A DNA stretch of 64,000 nt from Tubiluchus corallicola (Eukaryota; Animalia; Priapulida), in NCBI GenBank assembly GCA_030141605.1, contig JAQGDQ010000075.1, positions 1 to 64,000 of the forward strand, in the 5' to 3' direction. The notes beneath the pieces are model-generated. The model was not told the DNA's origin. It searched no databases and saw only the letters and a list, made by a program, of their open reading frames with translations. Of this stretch, positions 40,141-52,810 are shown in pieces. Made by a program: the position numbers and the translations under genes. The first letter of the stretch is position 1; each line of letters starts with the position of its first letter.

Positions 40141-41384
40141 AATAAAGTTTTTTTTCAAAGACATCATGTTACAACGTGTTATTATCATTAACGTTATATG
40201 AATTATATGGGCCGAGGAATTACTTTTTGTTCTGCCTTAAAATTTAATCTTTTCTTATTGGAATTTGATGGTTAATATAGGATGGCATATGAGATACTGA
40301 CTTGAAGATTCTGTGTCGATCTGTTCGATAATTATCGATCATTCGTTCTTGATAGTTGACGCAGTTGTCGTTGGCAACGTGTGGTTGGAGATGAGAGCTC
40401 AGCTGTTGATGACAGCCAAAGATAATAGATGCTTTGTGTTAAATTGATATGTTCATTTCAGCGCTCTAGCATAATACCTACTTGAGGAATGTTTTCAATT
40501 AAGCCTTCTGCCTTTTTCTCATTTCTGTCCTAGCCAATTTAAGAGTAAAAAATTCTTTGAGGGTTTCATAACTCAGCTTCGCGATGGTGGCAAAATATTT
40601 TGCTTGGAAAATAGCCATATCTATCAGTTTTGTTTTTTTGTGCTCAAAATCAGAAGAAATATATTCGCCATAATGCGCGTTGTTTGTTTTTGTTCGTAGG
40701 AAGACGTGGGCAAAACGAAAATGGTGTCTTTAAGAATTTGAGAGGAAACAAGCTTTGTAATTATTACGAATAACGAGGAAGTCGGGGGAAGCTCAGCTAC
40801 TGAAGTTAAGCAGCTTTTAATAAAACACACTGACCAGTACTTAAGATTCCATTTATGCAGTTGCATCTTTACTTACAACCTTAAGAAGTATGATGCAAAT
40901 ATGTAATGTTGTTAATTATATATTGCTGAATTTATTCTGTTGTTTTCGATTTCTTTCAGCTCTGTGTTCCATTCCTCATGCCATTCCATTCACTCCAGTT
41001 ATTCTTTAAGTAGAGACCTGTTAAAGAAATAGTGTCGTTGATTTTGTGACTTGCAGTGAGTGACATTCTAAGAGAAGAATTCCTCGATGTTATGATGTTA
41101 TCTCTGTCAGCAATGTTATTTCGATCTAAATCTGTTCAGCTCTTTTTCTATTTTGTTCAGTGAATTTTGTTTCTCTACATGGGGTTTATCCTTCTGATGT
41201 CCTATTGATGAACTGCACCTCGCATTACATAGATTTGTATTGCAAAGAAATGCATTGTTTTGAATTATTTTGCTTGTTTTTTTGTACTGCATTGTGGCAC
41301 GTTTTGTTGCGTTTAGTTTTTGAAATTGCGGCACAAAAAATAATAATGACATTTTCCGAAGGCAAGCCCACAAATCGATTTCTA

Positions 41385-41482
41385 TTTTGTTTTGTTCTTT
41401 CCTGTTCTGTTCTGTTCTGTTCTGTTCTGTTCTGTTCTGTTCTGTTCTGTTCTGTTCTGTTCTGTTTTGTTCTGTTCTGTTC
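41385..41482. repeat. (TTCTG)n pentanucleotide microsatellite
   Basis: Direct reading. Confidence 0.95.
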
Positions 41483-43299
41483 TACTTTACTGTATCCTGC
41501 TCTACTGTGCAAATATTACGGTTGAAAATATTAGCGGGCAATTTCCCGTAAGCGCCCCTCATGTGGAGTCGCCCCTTTCGCTCTATCCTGAAGCCCTATA
41601 TTTTGATTGTTTTCATTAATCCAGCAGAATACACTGGTTATCTGTAGCTGTCAGTAGCAGCTTGTTCCAAGTGTAAATGATCAATTCGCAGCCGTCTTGT
41701 CAAGCTTTGTGTCGCCTGTGATCTTTAGAAAGAAAGGGAGAGATACGATAATTGATTTGGCTTCTTGAGGCTATGCTGGCAGCGTTGAGTATCATGTGCG
41801 CTTATTGGTAAATGAGCTCAAGCACACTCAGTCCTGTGTTAACATGTCGTTTTGTGTGTCACTTCAACCTAAGCTGTTTTGGTGCCAGACTTGGCCGAAT
41901 CGCGGAAAAATGGGTGGAATCCGGAACGTCGCATAATTAATAAGGACATTAGCCGCCCCCCCCCCCCATCAAGTTTAAGCATGCTCCGTCGTGGAGCGTC
42001 TGAACATCAGTATAGCCACCCATTTTTACTGTCGCTAAACAGTAAAGGCGAGTTTACCAGAAGATCATTGCCAAAAAAACTATAAATCGTGGAAAATGGG
42101 GGTTTGTAACACTGTATGTTAATATAAATTAGAGAAAGACTTTAGTCCCTTCTCCCAGCGTGTTTAAGATCATTTTCCGGGAGGGAGGGGAAAGTGGTTT
42201 TATAAGCAGCTGTTCTGCATCTAGGAATGTGCAGAGAAGGCCTGAATTAACACTATTAACAAACTATTGACGTTTACGGTCCAGGGATGGGAGGTCCTAA
42301 GAGTATTCCCACAGTTGTGATTTAAAAAAGGTGACAAAAGAAGCTATGGATACAGTAAGGGCTACTTTACCTGAGGAGCATTCCCAAAAACTATGCTTAC
42401 ATTTTTGTCGTCTTTAATCGAATTGAAAACGCAGCTTTAGGTTGAAAAATTATGTCTTTCCCAGTTTGCAGAAGCTTCATAATTCCTAGCTGCATTACCG
42501 TTTAATCGACTGGCTCATAAATCACCGTAGTTACCATGATCATGTTAGAACCATTGAAACGTGCATTGGAGGCTGTAATGCAACTGATTACATGACAATG
42601 TTAATTCAACCAAAGGCAATTCTTCCACAGTTCTCTCTTAAATAATTCATTGTCATTGATATGAAAACAGTGGTTGCCTGTCATACTGATACTGCCGAAG
42701 CTATTCAGAACAAACTCGCTCAATTATTAATGACAGCCAAGCAGTAACGCAGATTGGTTTCAAAATGTTCATTGACTGTCAGAAGCGAAATTTAACTAAA
42801 CGTTTGGAAAACTGTTAATGACAGGCGGCTTTATAGTGAGAAGACGGTGATAGACAAAATCTGAATCCCGTTCTGGTCCACGTACCCTGCACCTTATTTT
42901 CCGAATAAAGAATAATAGTTTTAGTTGGCCGAATATCGTGACTTATAAACGAAAAATATTTCCTTTAAAAGTAGCATGTAGGAAATAAAATGCCTTTGGT
43001 CCTTGTAATTCTTGCAATTGTGTCCCCCTCCCAGACCTATCATAGCGAGTGTAAGTATTGTTTTCTATTTTACCGACCTGAAGCCAAGTAAAATTGTGCT
43101 ACAATCGATGGTGAGCTTTGACATGGCAAGATTTTTAGTTTTGTGCATCGTCAAACTGACGAACGTTATGCAAATATCGCTTTAAGTCTAGTTACCTGCT
43201 CGTCTGACACTTGGAAAACATATTCAAGTGTCCCTAATCCAACCTTGGCGCCACTTCTGTCTGACTAAAGCGCTTGTGTCTGCGAAACGGCGTTTTTTC

Positions 43300-43568
43300 T
43301 GATGATAGTGATTATTATTATTACGATGATGATGGTAGTGGTGATGATATAATGATGGCGTTAATGATGTTAATGCTAACGATAATGATGATAACTATGA
43401 TTATAATGACAATGAAGATGGATAATGATACGGTAATGATGGTGATGACTTGGTGGTGGTGATGATGGTGGTGACGGTGATAGTGGTGATGGTGATGATG
43501 ATGATTATGATGATTATGATAATGACGATGAGGATGACGATGATGATGGCGATAATGCTGATGATATT
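43300..43568. repeat. Degenerate (GAT)n repeat
   Basis: Direct reading. Confidence 0.9.
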
Positions 43569-46500
43569 AGCGATTCATACAATCAAGGTTCTGAGCTGGC
43601 AATGCAAATTACTTCTGCATTTGCGCAGATAAAGTGACCAAGGAGTAGGACAATACATAGCAATACACAACATTATCATCATGTAGCTATGCTAAGGGGC
43701 AATGACGGTAGCCGGATCGATTTTGAACAGCACAGGTGAATTTGTCCCTGAGTTAAATCTCAATGAGAACAACAACTGCGGTAGAAATACTTTCTTGGCA
43801 GCATTAAACAAATCTGATTAGTTTCTTTACACAATTACTCTCCTCAATTATTCGCCATGTTGACAGTGGTGAGAACTGCGTGGCATGAGCAAGAAAAAAT
43901 CTGTCAGTTCTCCACTGTATTCCCAACAGCTGTTTGTACATAAACTGTAAATACGGGCTTCTCTTGTTTGGATAGACTTTATTGGTGCGCCTCGTAACGT
44001 CGATATCATGTCTATAAGCCTTTGTTGCCATATCGACAATATCTTCAATGCTTATAATAAAATGTCTCTTTGTGTCATGCTATATGGATTTCTGATGTTT
44101 ACCGTTATGTCTCTTTTGTTGTAGTTTCTTTCTTTTGCATCGGCCCTCAAATTAGAAGCAGTTGAACGTATATGCATATATAGGTGTCGGAAATAATTAG
44201 GATAAGGTATTAGCTAATCAGTGTAATTTACTAATAATCACATTACGACTATTGAGAGGTTGATAAACTTTTTCTCTGCATGGTGTTGACTTCATAAAAC
44301 TCGTTAAGATAAAGGCATTTTTGTCCAAGGTAAATTTTTTAAAGAAATTTAACTGTCCCCCAATTTCCTGCACATTTAAATTTAGCCATGACTACACGCA
44401 CGATGATGCCATGTAAGTTCAAATCAAACGGTTTTACCCGCAGAATTTGGAAAAGCTTTATCGGCTGCTATCTGAATGTGCGCTTACGAAGATACTGAGA
44501 CTCTCCTTGTAAGTTATAACCCTTTCTCACGTTTGTTTTTCCATAATGCAATATGCATCACATACAATCAGTATACTTTCTCTCGCATGCCATCATCAGA
44601 CAGTTGGCGTCCATAATTTATGAACTTTAGAGATTTATAAACCGTGTCAGAGAGAGAAAAGTTCCAGTTTCTATTGTGCGTGTGTTCGTGAGAAGAAGCC
44701 TGGTATAATGCTGTAAAATCAGTGTGAAAGATTAGTGAATTATTTGATGCATACAGTACCTGTTATAATTACATAATGTATATCTTTTTCTTCTGTCCTT
44801 TGAAGGTCACCCTATGTTTTGCTTTATTTAAGCACTTGCTAAATTAATAGGTGAGTATAGCAACAGTTACCATACACATACAGTTATCATAATAGTGCTT
44901 TTAAAGAATGAAGTATTTGCATTGCAGTCATTTCACTGCATTCAAGCCACTTAGCATCCAAATAAAAAGATTTTTATGGTGATATTTTTATTATGTGGAT
45001 TTAAGTGTTTTTAAAAGAAATTACTGAAACAACATAGATATGTCTTTGGATGCCTAGCTAGGCGTTCACTTTTAAAACTGTGATCATAACTCATTTTGCA
45101 TCAAGTTTTGATTATATTTGCGCGTCAGTATATTTTGGTTTATAAACATTTTAGTTTAGCTGTGTTGTCCTCTTTTGTAACAGGTTCTCCCGATAAGCGA
45201 ATATATAGGCTTTTCGTCTAGTCAAATAGGCAAGATGGTAAATTCCGTAGAGCTGATGAAAATACGTGCAGAAAGCAAAAATGCACAATAATAATTATTA
45301 TTATGTACAAATACAGTATTATTTAAGAATGGCCGTTATTTTTACATTTTCATTGGTGGTAATGTTGCCCTTGGTAAATTCTTAAAGTACTTGTTCATCG
45401 AACATCGTTGATTTTCAGTGGCAGCTGTCTTTACCTGCTACTGACGCATATCATATCTACCTTGATAAGGGTGTAATATTAAAAAAGATATTCTGGACGG
45501 GTGGCTCTGTTTACATAACGCGCTGTCTAACTGATAAACGCGCGCTCTTTGCCGCAAAAGCTAATTTACCGCCGTCGGTCGCACACATTGTCAGTTGGTG
45601 GTTAGCAAAAATCAAGTGGTCGTTTATTTCAGACATTTAATAAGAATGGATCTGATATTATAAGCTCAGCTGTAAAAAAACGACAAAAATGTGAGCATTA
45701 TGTTTGGAATATAATTCACAATATAATAATTAAATATATTTTTGGGAAAATTATTATAAGCTACAACTAGATTTGGTCTTGGTTAATAGTATTAGTTTAT
45801 ATCATGTTTAGTTAGATAGGTTAGAATAGAGAAATTCTATTAATCCTGGAATCTTGAAACAGGATTTTCTTTACTGTTTAGTTTGAAATGTAAATAATAA
45901 GACGATATAAAATTCTTCATTATTAACATAAATCATGGCGAAGTACTCTGCTCAAAGAGTTTTTTATTATGCAGTTAGAAAGTGTTTAATTTTTATTCAG
46001 ACGTCCTTTGGTAAATAATTTTTTGTCAGCCTACTATAAATTATTTCATTTGGTAACTAACACACTGTTCGAAACACTGGGTAGTTCGAAAATTAAGAGA
46101 TACGAGATCACACAAAATACAGCTCATAAAACCCCCTTTCTCCTGCAACCCACAACCCAAAGTGGATCTGCCATTTTAGACAAAGCGGTCGAATGCAGGA
46201 TTACTTTAGCTAGTTGTTCAAGCATAGTTAAGGATTCATTGCACCCATTCCACAATGTGACACCTTACTTTGACAAACAGATAACTTAGCACCGAGAGAT
46301 TATCCCATTCTCGTCTTATATTTGCCTTATTCCAGAGAAGGAAGAGTAAAGAGTTACTGTTAATTAACGCAAACAGAGAGGGTTTATTGATTTCGGCACT
46401 ATTTGGACTACGATACGTGAGACAAAGGTTATCTGTGTCAGATACAGGTGTAATAAGATGTGTGAGATATCCTAGGTTTGTGGTGCTGATTCCTGTGGCT

Positions 46501-47086
46501 CACTTTGGCTTAGTGTGTGGTTAGATAAGACGTGCTTTGACAGTGCGGCAAATGGTTTCTGATTCTCTGGGACGTCATGCATAGTAAGTTAATTTTTAAT
46601 TCGCAACATAAATCGGGATATTAGCCTGTTCAATGCGAAACTAACTCGAAAAATGTGCCAGTTAAGTTCATTTCGTAAATAGCTTTCGAAAGTAGTTACA
46701 AAATATCAAAATAATTCAGCCTATAGGTTTCTCACGTTTGCGCGATTATAGAAAAAGTTTTTCTGCTTCTTTTTTATTTTTTTAATTAACGCTCATTGAT
46801 AATCGTATAAGCCTACGTCTAGAACTGTACAGTTGGATGTTATTGTTTGTGTTTGTAATGTTTTTATTTAACCCAAAACAATATACGTCTCTGGCAAATG
46901 ATTAGGTGCATGTGCAGTAGGTGACAGATTTGTGACATACTCGAGTTCTTAAGCAGTCATCATTGTTGCCTTCCTTGCCATCCATTACTGATGCTGCCAT
47001 CCGTTAGTTGTTCTCTTGTTTTCGCTTCTTTTCTTTTTTATGTTTTTTTTGCTTTCATTTTCATTTGACTCTTCGTTTGCCTTCAC

Positions 47087-47243
47087 CATCATCATCATCA
47101 TCATCATCATCGTCATCGTCATCGTCATTATCATCATCATCATTACCGTCACCGTCATCATCCTGATCTTCATTGTCATCCGCATCATCATCGTCGTCAT
47201 TTCTATTGTCACCATTGCAATCGTCATCATCATTATTATTATC
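47087..47243. repeat. Degenerate (CAT)n repeat
   Basis: Direct reading. Confidence 0.9.
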
Positions 47244-50200
47244 AACAACAAACACGAACCATTGTATATAATGTACTGTATTATTATATCTTCAGTAAAC
47301 TTGATTATATCTCATATGAAACTTTTAGAATCAATGCCACCTTTAAATGCATGCAAAGAAACAACCCTCGGTTAATTGCAATCACGTTGCAGCACATTGT
47401 AATTTTAAGACACCTCAGGAAATTTGTCACTCATTTTCCCTGTTTGCTTTAAAATTTTCTCAAAGTGGGAGGCATTGATTAGCGCAATTCTGAGACAAAG
47501 GTTGGCAAACGGAAGCCCATTTACCAGAGCCCATTCTGAACGCCAGGTTTGCTCAGTGTGGCAAGAGACATGCGATTTCTATGACAGGTTTCCGTTCGGA
47601 AGACATGTGATTTCTATGACTGACTTCCGCCGCTTACAGCACTCAATATGTAACAGAATTTTTTGCGAAGCCGCCTAAGTACGAGTCGTGGATTCGCTAA
47701 AATAATAGGCAACCGTCTTTCACATGTATAATGACTGTAGTTGTGAATGTTTTTGAAATCTGAAATGGTATAACGTAATGATATTATATTGATATGCAGT
47801 TATGACGAAAGCCGTGTTGATCAATACTATGTGTAATATAATATCATTATAATAAAGAGTGATTATTATTTCACAGCATTCACATAGTATTCATATAGAG
47901 TATGGCAAAGAACTTAAATCACAACACAAATTTCATTTACTTGCTGATATTGTCAAATGAGCCCCCACATTAACACTGATAGTTATAACGCCATGTTGTC
48001 TATGCGAGATTATCCATTATTGACCTAGCGTGTCTAACTGCATCATCTTCGTCGTCATCATTATTATCAAAATTCTATGGCTTAACTCAACATATTATAG
48101 AGCAGAATCAAACTGCACTGAGTAGCGTATTTACACATGTCATTTTATCCTCATTATTTGCTTTTCTAGCAACATTTTTTCTTGGTTTTTGAACGAAGTT
48201 CTCATATTTAGTTACAGTAAATTTGAATTTCATGTAAATGCGCTAACATTTGGAAATAGAGATGCTGCTGGCCAAGCACGAGCTCGATTTCACACTTGGT
48301 CGATTTCTATACTGTTTTTAGCAAAATATATTCATCGCGTTTTGAACCCATAATAGTTGTTATTTTAGTGTATCCCTCCAGGAGAATTTTGTTCTTACTG
48401 TGAGTTTTTGACACTTTTATAACAACTTTTTTGTAGTGTCATATAAAAACGATAATAATCGATTACTTGCATATTGCATGCGTGCCTAGGTAGAGGTAAT
48501 ATTATCTTTGCTAATTAAGTCACTTGTAATTAATGCGAAGGTGTTATCAAAGTTATTTTTGCTAGTTTGCATTGCCGCATGCACTGCGAATTCTACTAAA
48601 GCAAACCTTTCAGAAATTTTGTTAACTAAACGAGATATTGTTTTCCTAATGAGTTAATATTTTTGCCGGAAAATAAATTCCAGCATATATGATAATTTAC
48701 AGTAATGTTGTAGTTTGACACAGATGCACCGTAATTTAGAAGAATGATGTATTAGAAACCGATATAAGTTCGAAAAAGATTCGATGTATTGGCGACCGAT
48801 ATAAATTCGAATTATCGGTGCGGTTCAGCTATATTTTCAGAGCATAAATTTTTATTTTTGCCTGCACCAGTTTTTTTCGTTTTATCAATTAATTGTTTAA
48901 TGACAGACGTGAAGTTTGTGAGATGGCTACGACCTCTCACCCCAATGTTATCACATAGACAAACGTGAAAGTAGCCGCTAATTCCAACAACTTCTAGTAA
49001 TGAGCAGTCTAACAAAATATTTGGAACAAAATATTTCTAGTTGTATAAGCACCTGCAATTTGATCAAAATTATTTGCTGTATTGGCAGTTTTTTTATTCT
49101 CGACGTCCTTATTCCTAGTTCTGGATTGTATTGTATTGGCCAATAAATGCGAATTTTTGGTAAATGATTTAGCTCTTGGGCGATTTAACTGCACCCGAAT
49201 TGTCATGCTGTCTGCTCTGCGTTAGAAGTTAAGCAATTGCAGGCTTGGTGACCAAAACTTTGCTTGAATATCCGAAAAAATCGCTTCTAATAGGTTTCAT
49301 CTACTCTCAGCTAGTCTTCTTGTTGAAAGAGGATGTATGCCTACATACATTCTAATATATGGCCAAGATCTCTCCACCATTTTAGCATCCCATCTTAATT
49401 CTGCATAGCTTACAAATGATTAGATTTCGGTCCCGTCACAACTATTAAAAAATAATGGCGGACCGTTGAGTGATGTATACCTGGGTCGCAATGTGCCGAA
49501 ATGTAGAAAAAACTGAAAGAAATATTGCCAGTTAATCACTGAAATGCTTGCTGGACCTTTTATTTTTTGCTTGTTATTTTTTGTAGACTGTGCTAGTGCA
49601 CCATGAATAGATCGTTTATCGTATTTATAATTCATCGTGCATCGGATATGAGAAGTATTATCTTACACAGGCGCGTTTAAAATTTAATCTCTTCTATTTT
49701 TTTCTCTGTGCGTCAAACCTATGAAGCCTTTCAGAATAGTTGCTATCAGTATTGTCAATCGCTTTAGCAACCTATTCCGCTTTACCGAATAAATCTCATG
49801 TCTCTATTGGAGACCGATTAAACTATCTAGTGGCTTTGTCAGTGGCTGAATGCTTGTGCGAAATCGGTTAGGACAGCTTCGTTGACATGAGTAATTATAT
49901 ATTTACTGCAGGCGTTTTCTGGTAGTAGTTAGATGTAAAAAATGCATTATTTATCAATGCAACAGATTATGATTACACAAGCCACGTGTTTTATTGGCAG
50001 AAACAAATAGTAGAAAAGGTGAAAAGTAAGACTTCTGCATTGTCTGCATTCCGAACTTATTCGTTCCTTTACTCACATTGGGCTCGACTGGGGCTTCATG
50101 CCGTTTTATAATTTTAACTGTATCAGTTAGAACGTACATTTACTATTTAAATTATAGGCACAAGTATATATTATCATTATTTCTGTTGGCTAAATAGAGT

Positions 50201-50501
50201 GTAACTAAATTAACTTAATTATCGTAATTCTGATTTAAAAAAACATTGTAACAGTAATTATGGGTCGTATTAATGGTCATTAATGGTCTTGGAAACCTAC
50301 CCAATTTATTAAGCGCGTATGCTTGACAGTTGCTCGAGTATCTTAGCCTTTGATGACAAAACTTCCTACAGCATTTGTAGTGCTATCTACCAGAATGATT
50401 AGTTTTCATAAAATAATTTAAAAATTCACATCGCACCAGACCTGAACTTTAGACCTCTATGACTCATGGCGCTATAATATTTTATATTGTTTTTTTTTCA
50501 G

Positions 50502-50905
50502 ACGGAGAGGAAAGTACAGAGGACATTAGCTGTAACGAAGAAGAAGGAGAAGAAGAAAGCAGAGGAATGGACTGTGACGTACCCACACCAATCGTCACTT
50601 CTACTTTAACCCGACCACCCTACCCATTTTTTGGTCAGACGTCGGCACCAAGACCCTTCATGGAGCCCCTTTTTCCTATTTCCATGGACGCGAAACAATC
50701 TCGATTTCCCATGTCGATAGAGGATCGGAAGTTGATGTACCTACCGGAAGAGATGCGCGTTCCGGAACATCTCGACATACAAGAGTCACAAGTTTCCCCG
50801 GGTCCCGGGATTTGGACGAAGAAGAAAATCGGAGTGGGGCAAAAGTTTGGACCCTTTGCTGGCGTCCTGCGACCGGTTCCCAGAGACAAGGCTTATGCTT
50901 GGGAG
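50502..50905 (+). CDS. PRDM3/16: PRDM3/16 exon 2 (acidic N-terminus and start of the PR/SET domain)
   Basis: ttttttttcAG|ACGGAGAG...TGGGAG|gtaggt, 404 nt. YLPEEMRVPEHLDIQESQVSPGPGIWTKKKIGVGQKFGPFAG...AYAWE aligns with MECOM YIPDDIPIPAEFELRES..PGAGLGIWTKRKIEVGEKFGPYVG...SYGWE. Confidence 0.93.
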
Positions 50906-52515
50906 GTAGGTTTTCTTTGTATGTTTTGCGTTCACTGTTTTATTTTCATTTTTGTCAAATTTTTACTGTTGTCTGTTTTTATTTTTCTGATGCCAACTGT
51001 TTGTCTTCAGCGTTGAACCAGAGGAAGTCACAATTCGCGAATATTTTCCTAAATTGTCGTTGTCAAAAGCTAAGACAGTCCTACTTGGCTGCCTTCATCT
51101 CCAAAGACTTCTTCGAGCATAAGATATATAAAATTATTGACCAACATCTTAACGAGTACGTGGAGTGTTGCACATGTGCGCTTTTACCCAGACAAATGGT
51201 TCATCCAGAGGTGGCTTAATTTCTTCTGTTGATATCTTGTCAATAACATTTGTAAGCTGCAGATTTTTTTCAGTTTTCCCATTACTGTGTACGTCGATAT
51301 CATATCTGCTTAAACAAAAACATCTATCATTTTAGCCCGTTGTGAAAATTCCTTTTTTCAATTGTGAGCAATTGCGTTTCTGTACGATTTACATTCCCTT
51401 GATTCTGCGTGAACTTTTTCCTTTTGTTCCAGTAGCAACTAGCCCAGAAAGACAGCAATTTATTAAATAAGCTTATTCTTAATAGTGATGTTTGGTAAAG
51501 CTATTCTTTACCGCTTTTATAATTATTTAAATCAAAATAGAGTAGCTCAAATGTTGCATTTCTTGATTATGACAATGGCTGCAAACTCAATCATCATAAA
51601 AGCACATTATCATTTTTGAATAAAGGTGGTCGTATTAATGATGATTAATTTTCACACACGTCTGATAATTTACCAGATATAACTTGCTAACTGTTAACGA
51701 CGACGCGATGTAAGATTATTGGCTCACAGCAACAAGCAAAAAATAGTCAATTTTCTATAATTTAAAAATAAAATTTTATTATATACAACAGATTAAGTTA
51801 ATCTAAGAGGCATTTTAGACAAATTATATACTGTTTCAGTATAGGTCTGTACTAGAACAGCTTTTGCTTTACATGCACCCAAGTTAACGCAGCATGCTTA
51901 ATAATTTAGAAAACACTGGATAGATTTTCTAAATTTTAGTACTTGGAATTTAGACTTGTTGAGCACGGGTGTTTAATACTGGCTGAAGTATCAACGAGTC
52001 TATCTGCATGAATGTTGACTCGCAACAAGCAGGAAAAAGCGAATCAGCTCGCCGAATCTCAATTATCTCTTATCAAACTTCTCATCGCTTCTCATTCCAG
52101 ATTATACCTTGTTAACAATTAGCGCACAAAAGGTTTAATTTTCTGCAGTAATGAATCCCCAGTGATAACACTGATACTGCATTATCCTCCTCCCTTTGCA
52201 TTCACTGACAACGGTTTAACGAGTATTCAGAATAGCCTGACACTCATTGTCAGTTCTCATCAAGAATTAAGTGTGGACGTAGGGAACCTTAAGATAAGAT
52301 AATTAGGTTCAACGTCGACCAGTCTTTATAAAGACAGCTCGGATTTGATTATCAACAAAGATCAACTGTCAACGCATATAGTATTCACAGATAAGTATAT
52401 GTTAATATGATGCTTATTAATAAGATGCTCAGTATTTAATAAGATAGGAACACTGCGAGTAAACTTACTATACTTTGACAGATCACATACACACATATTT
52501 ATACATATATACTTT

Positions 52516-52810
<295 letters not shown>

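Noticed and set aside
50459-51219. ORF-track start at 50459 and overlapping ORFs 50635-50889 and 50812-51219
   Set aside because: The real exon is bounded by splice sites at 50502-50905; the extensions are intronic and the others are alternative-frame or antisense shadows.
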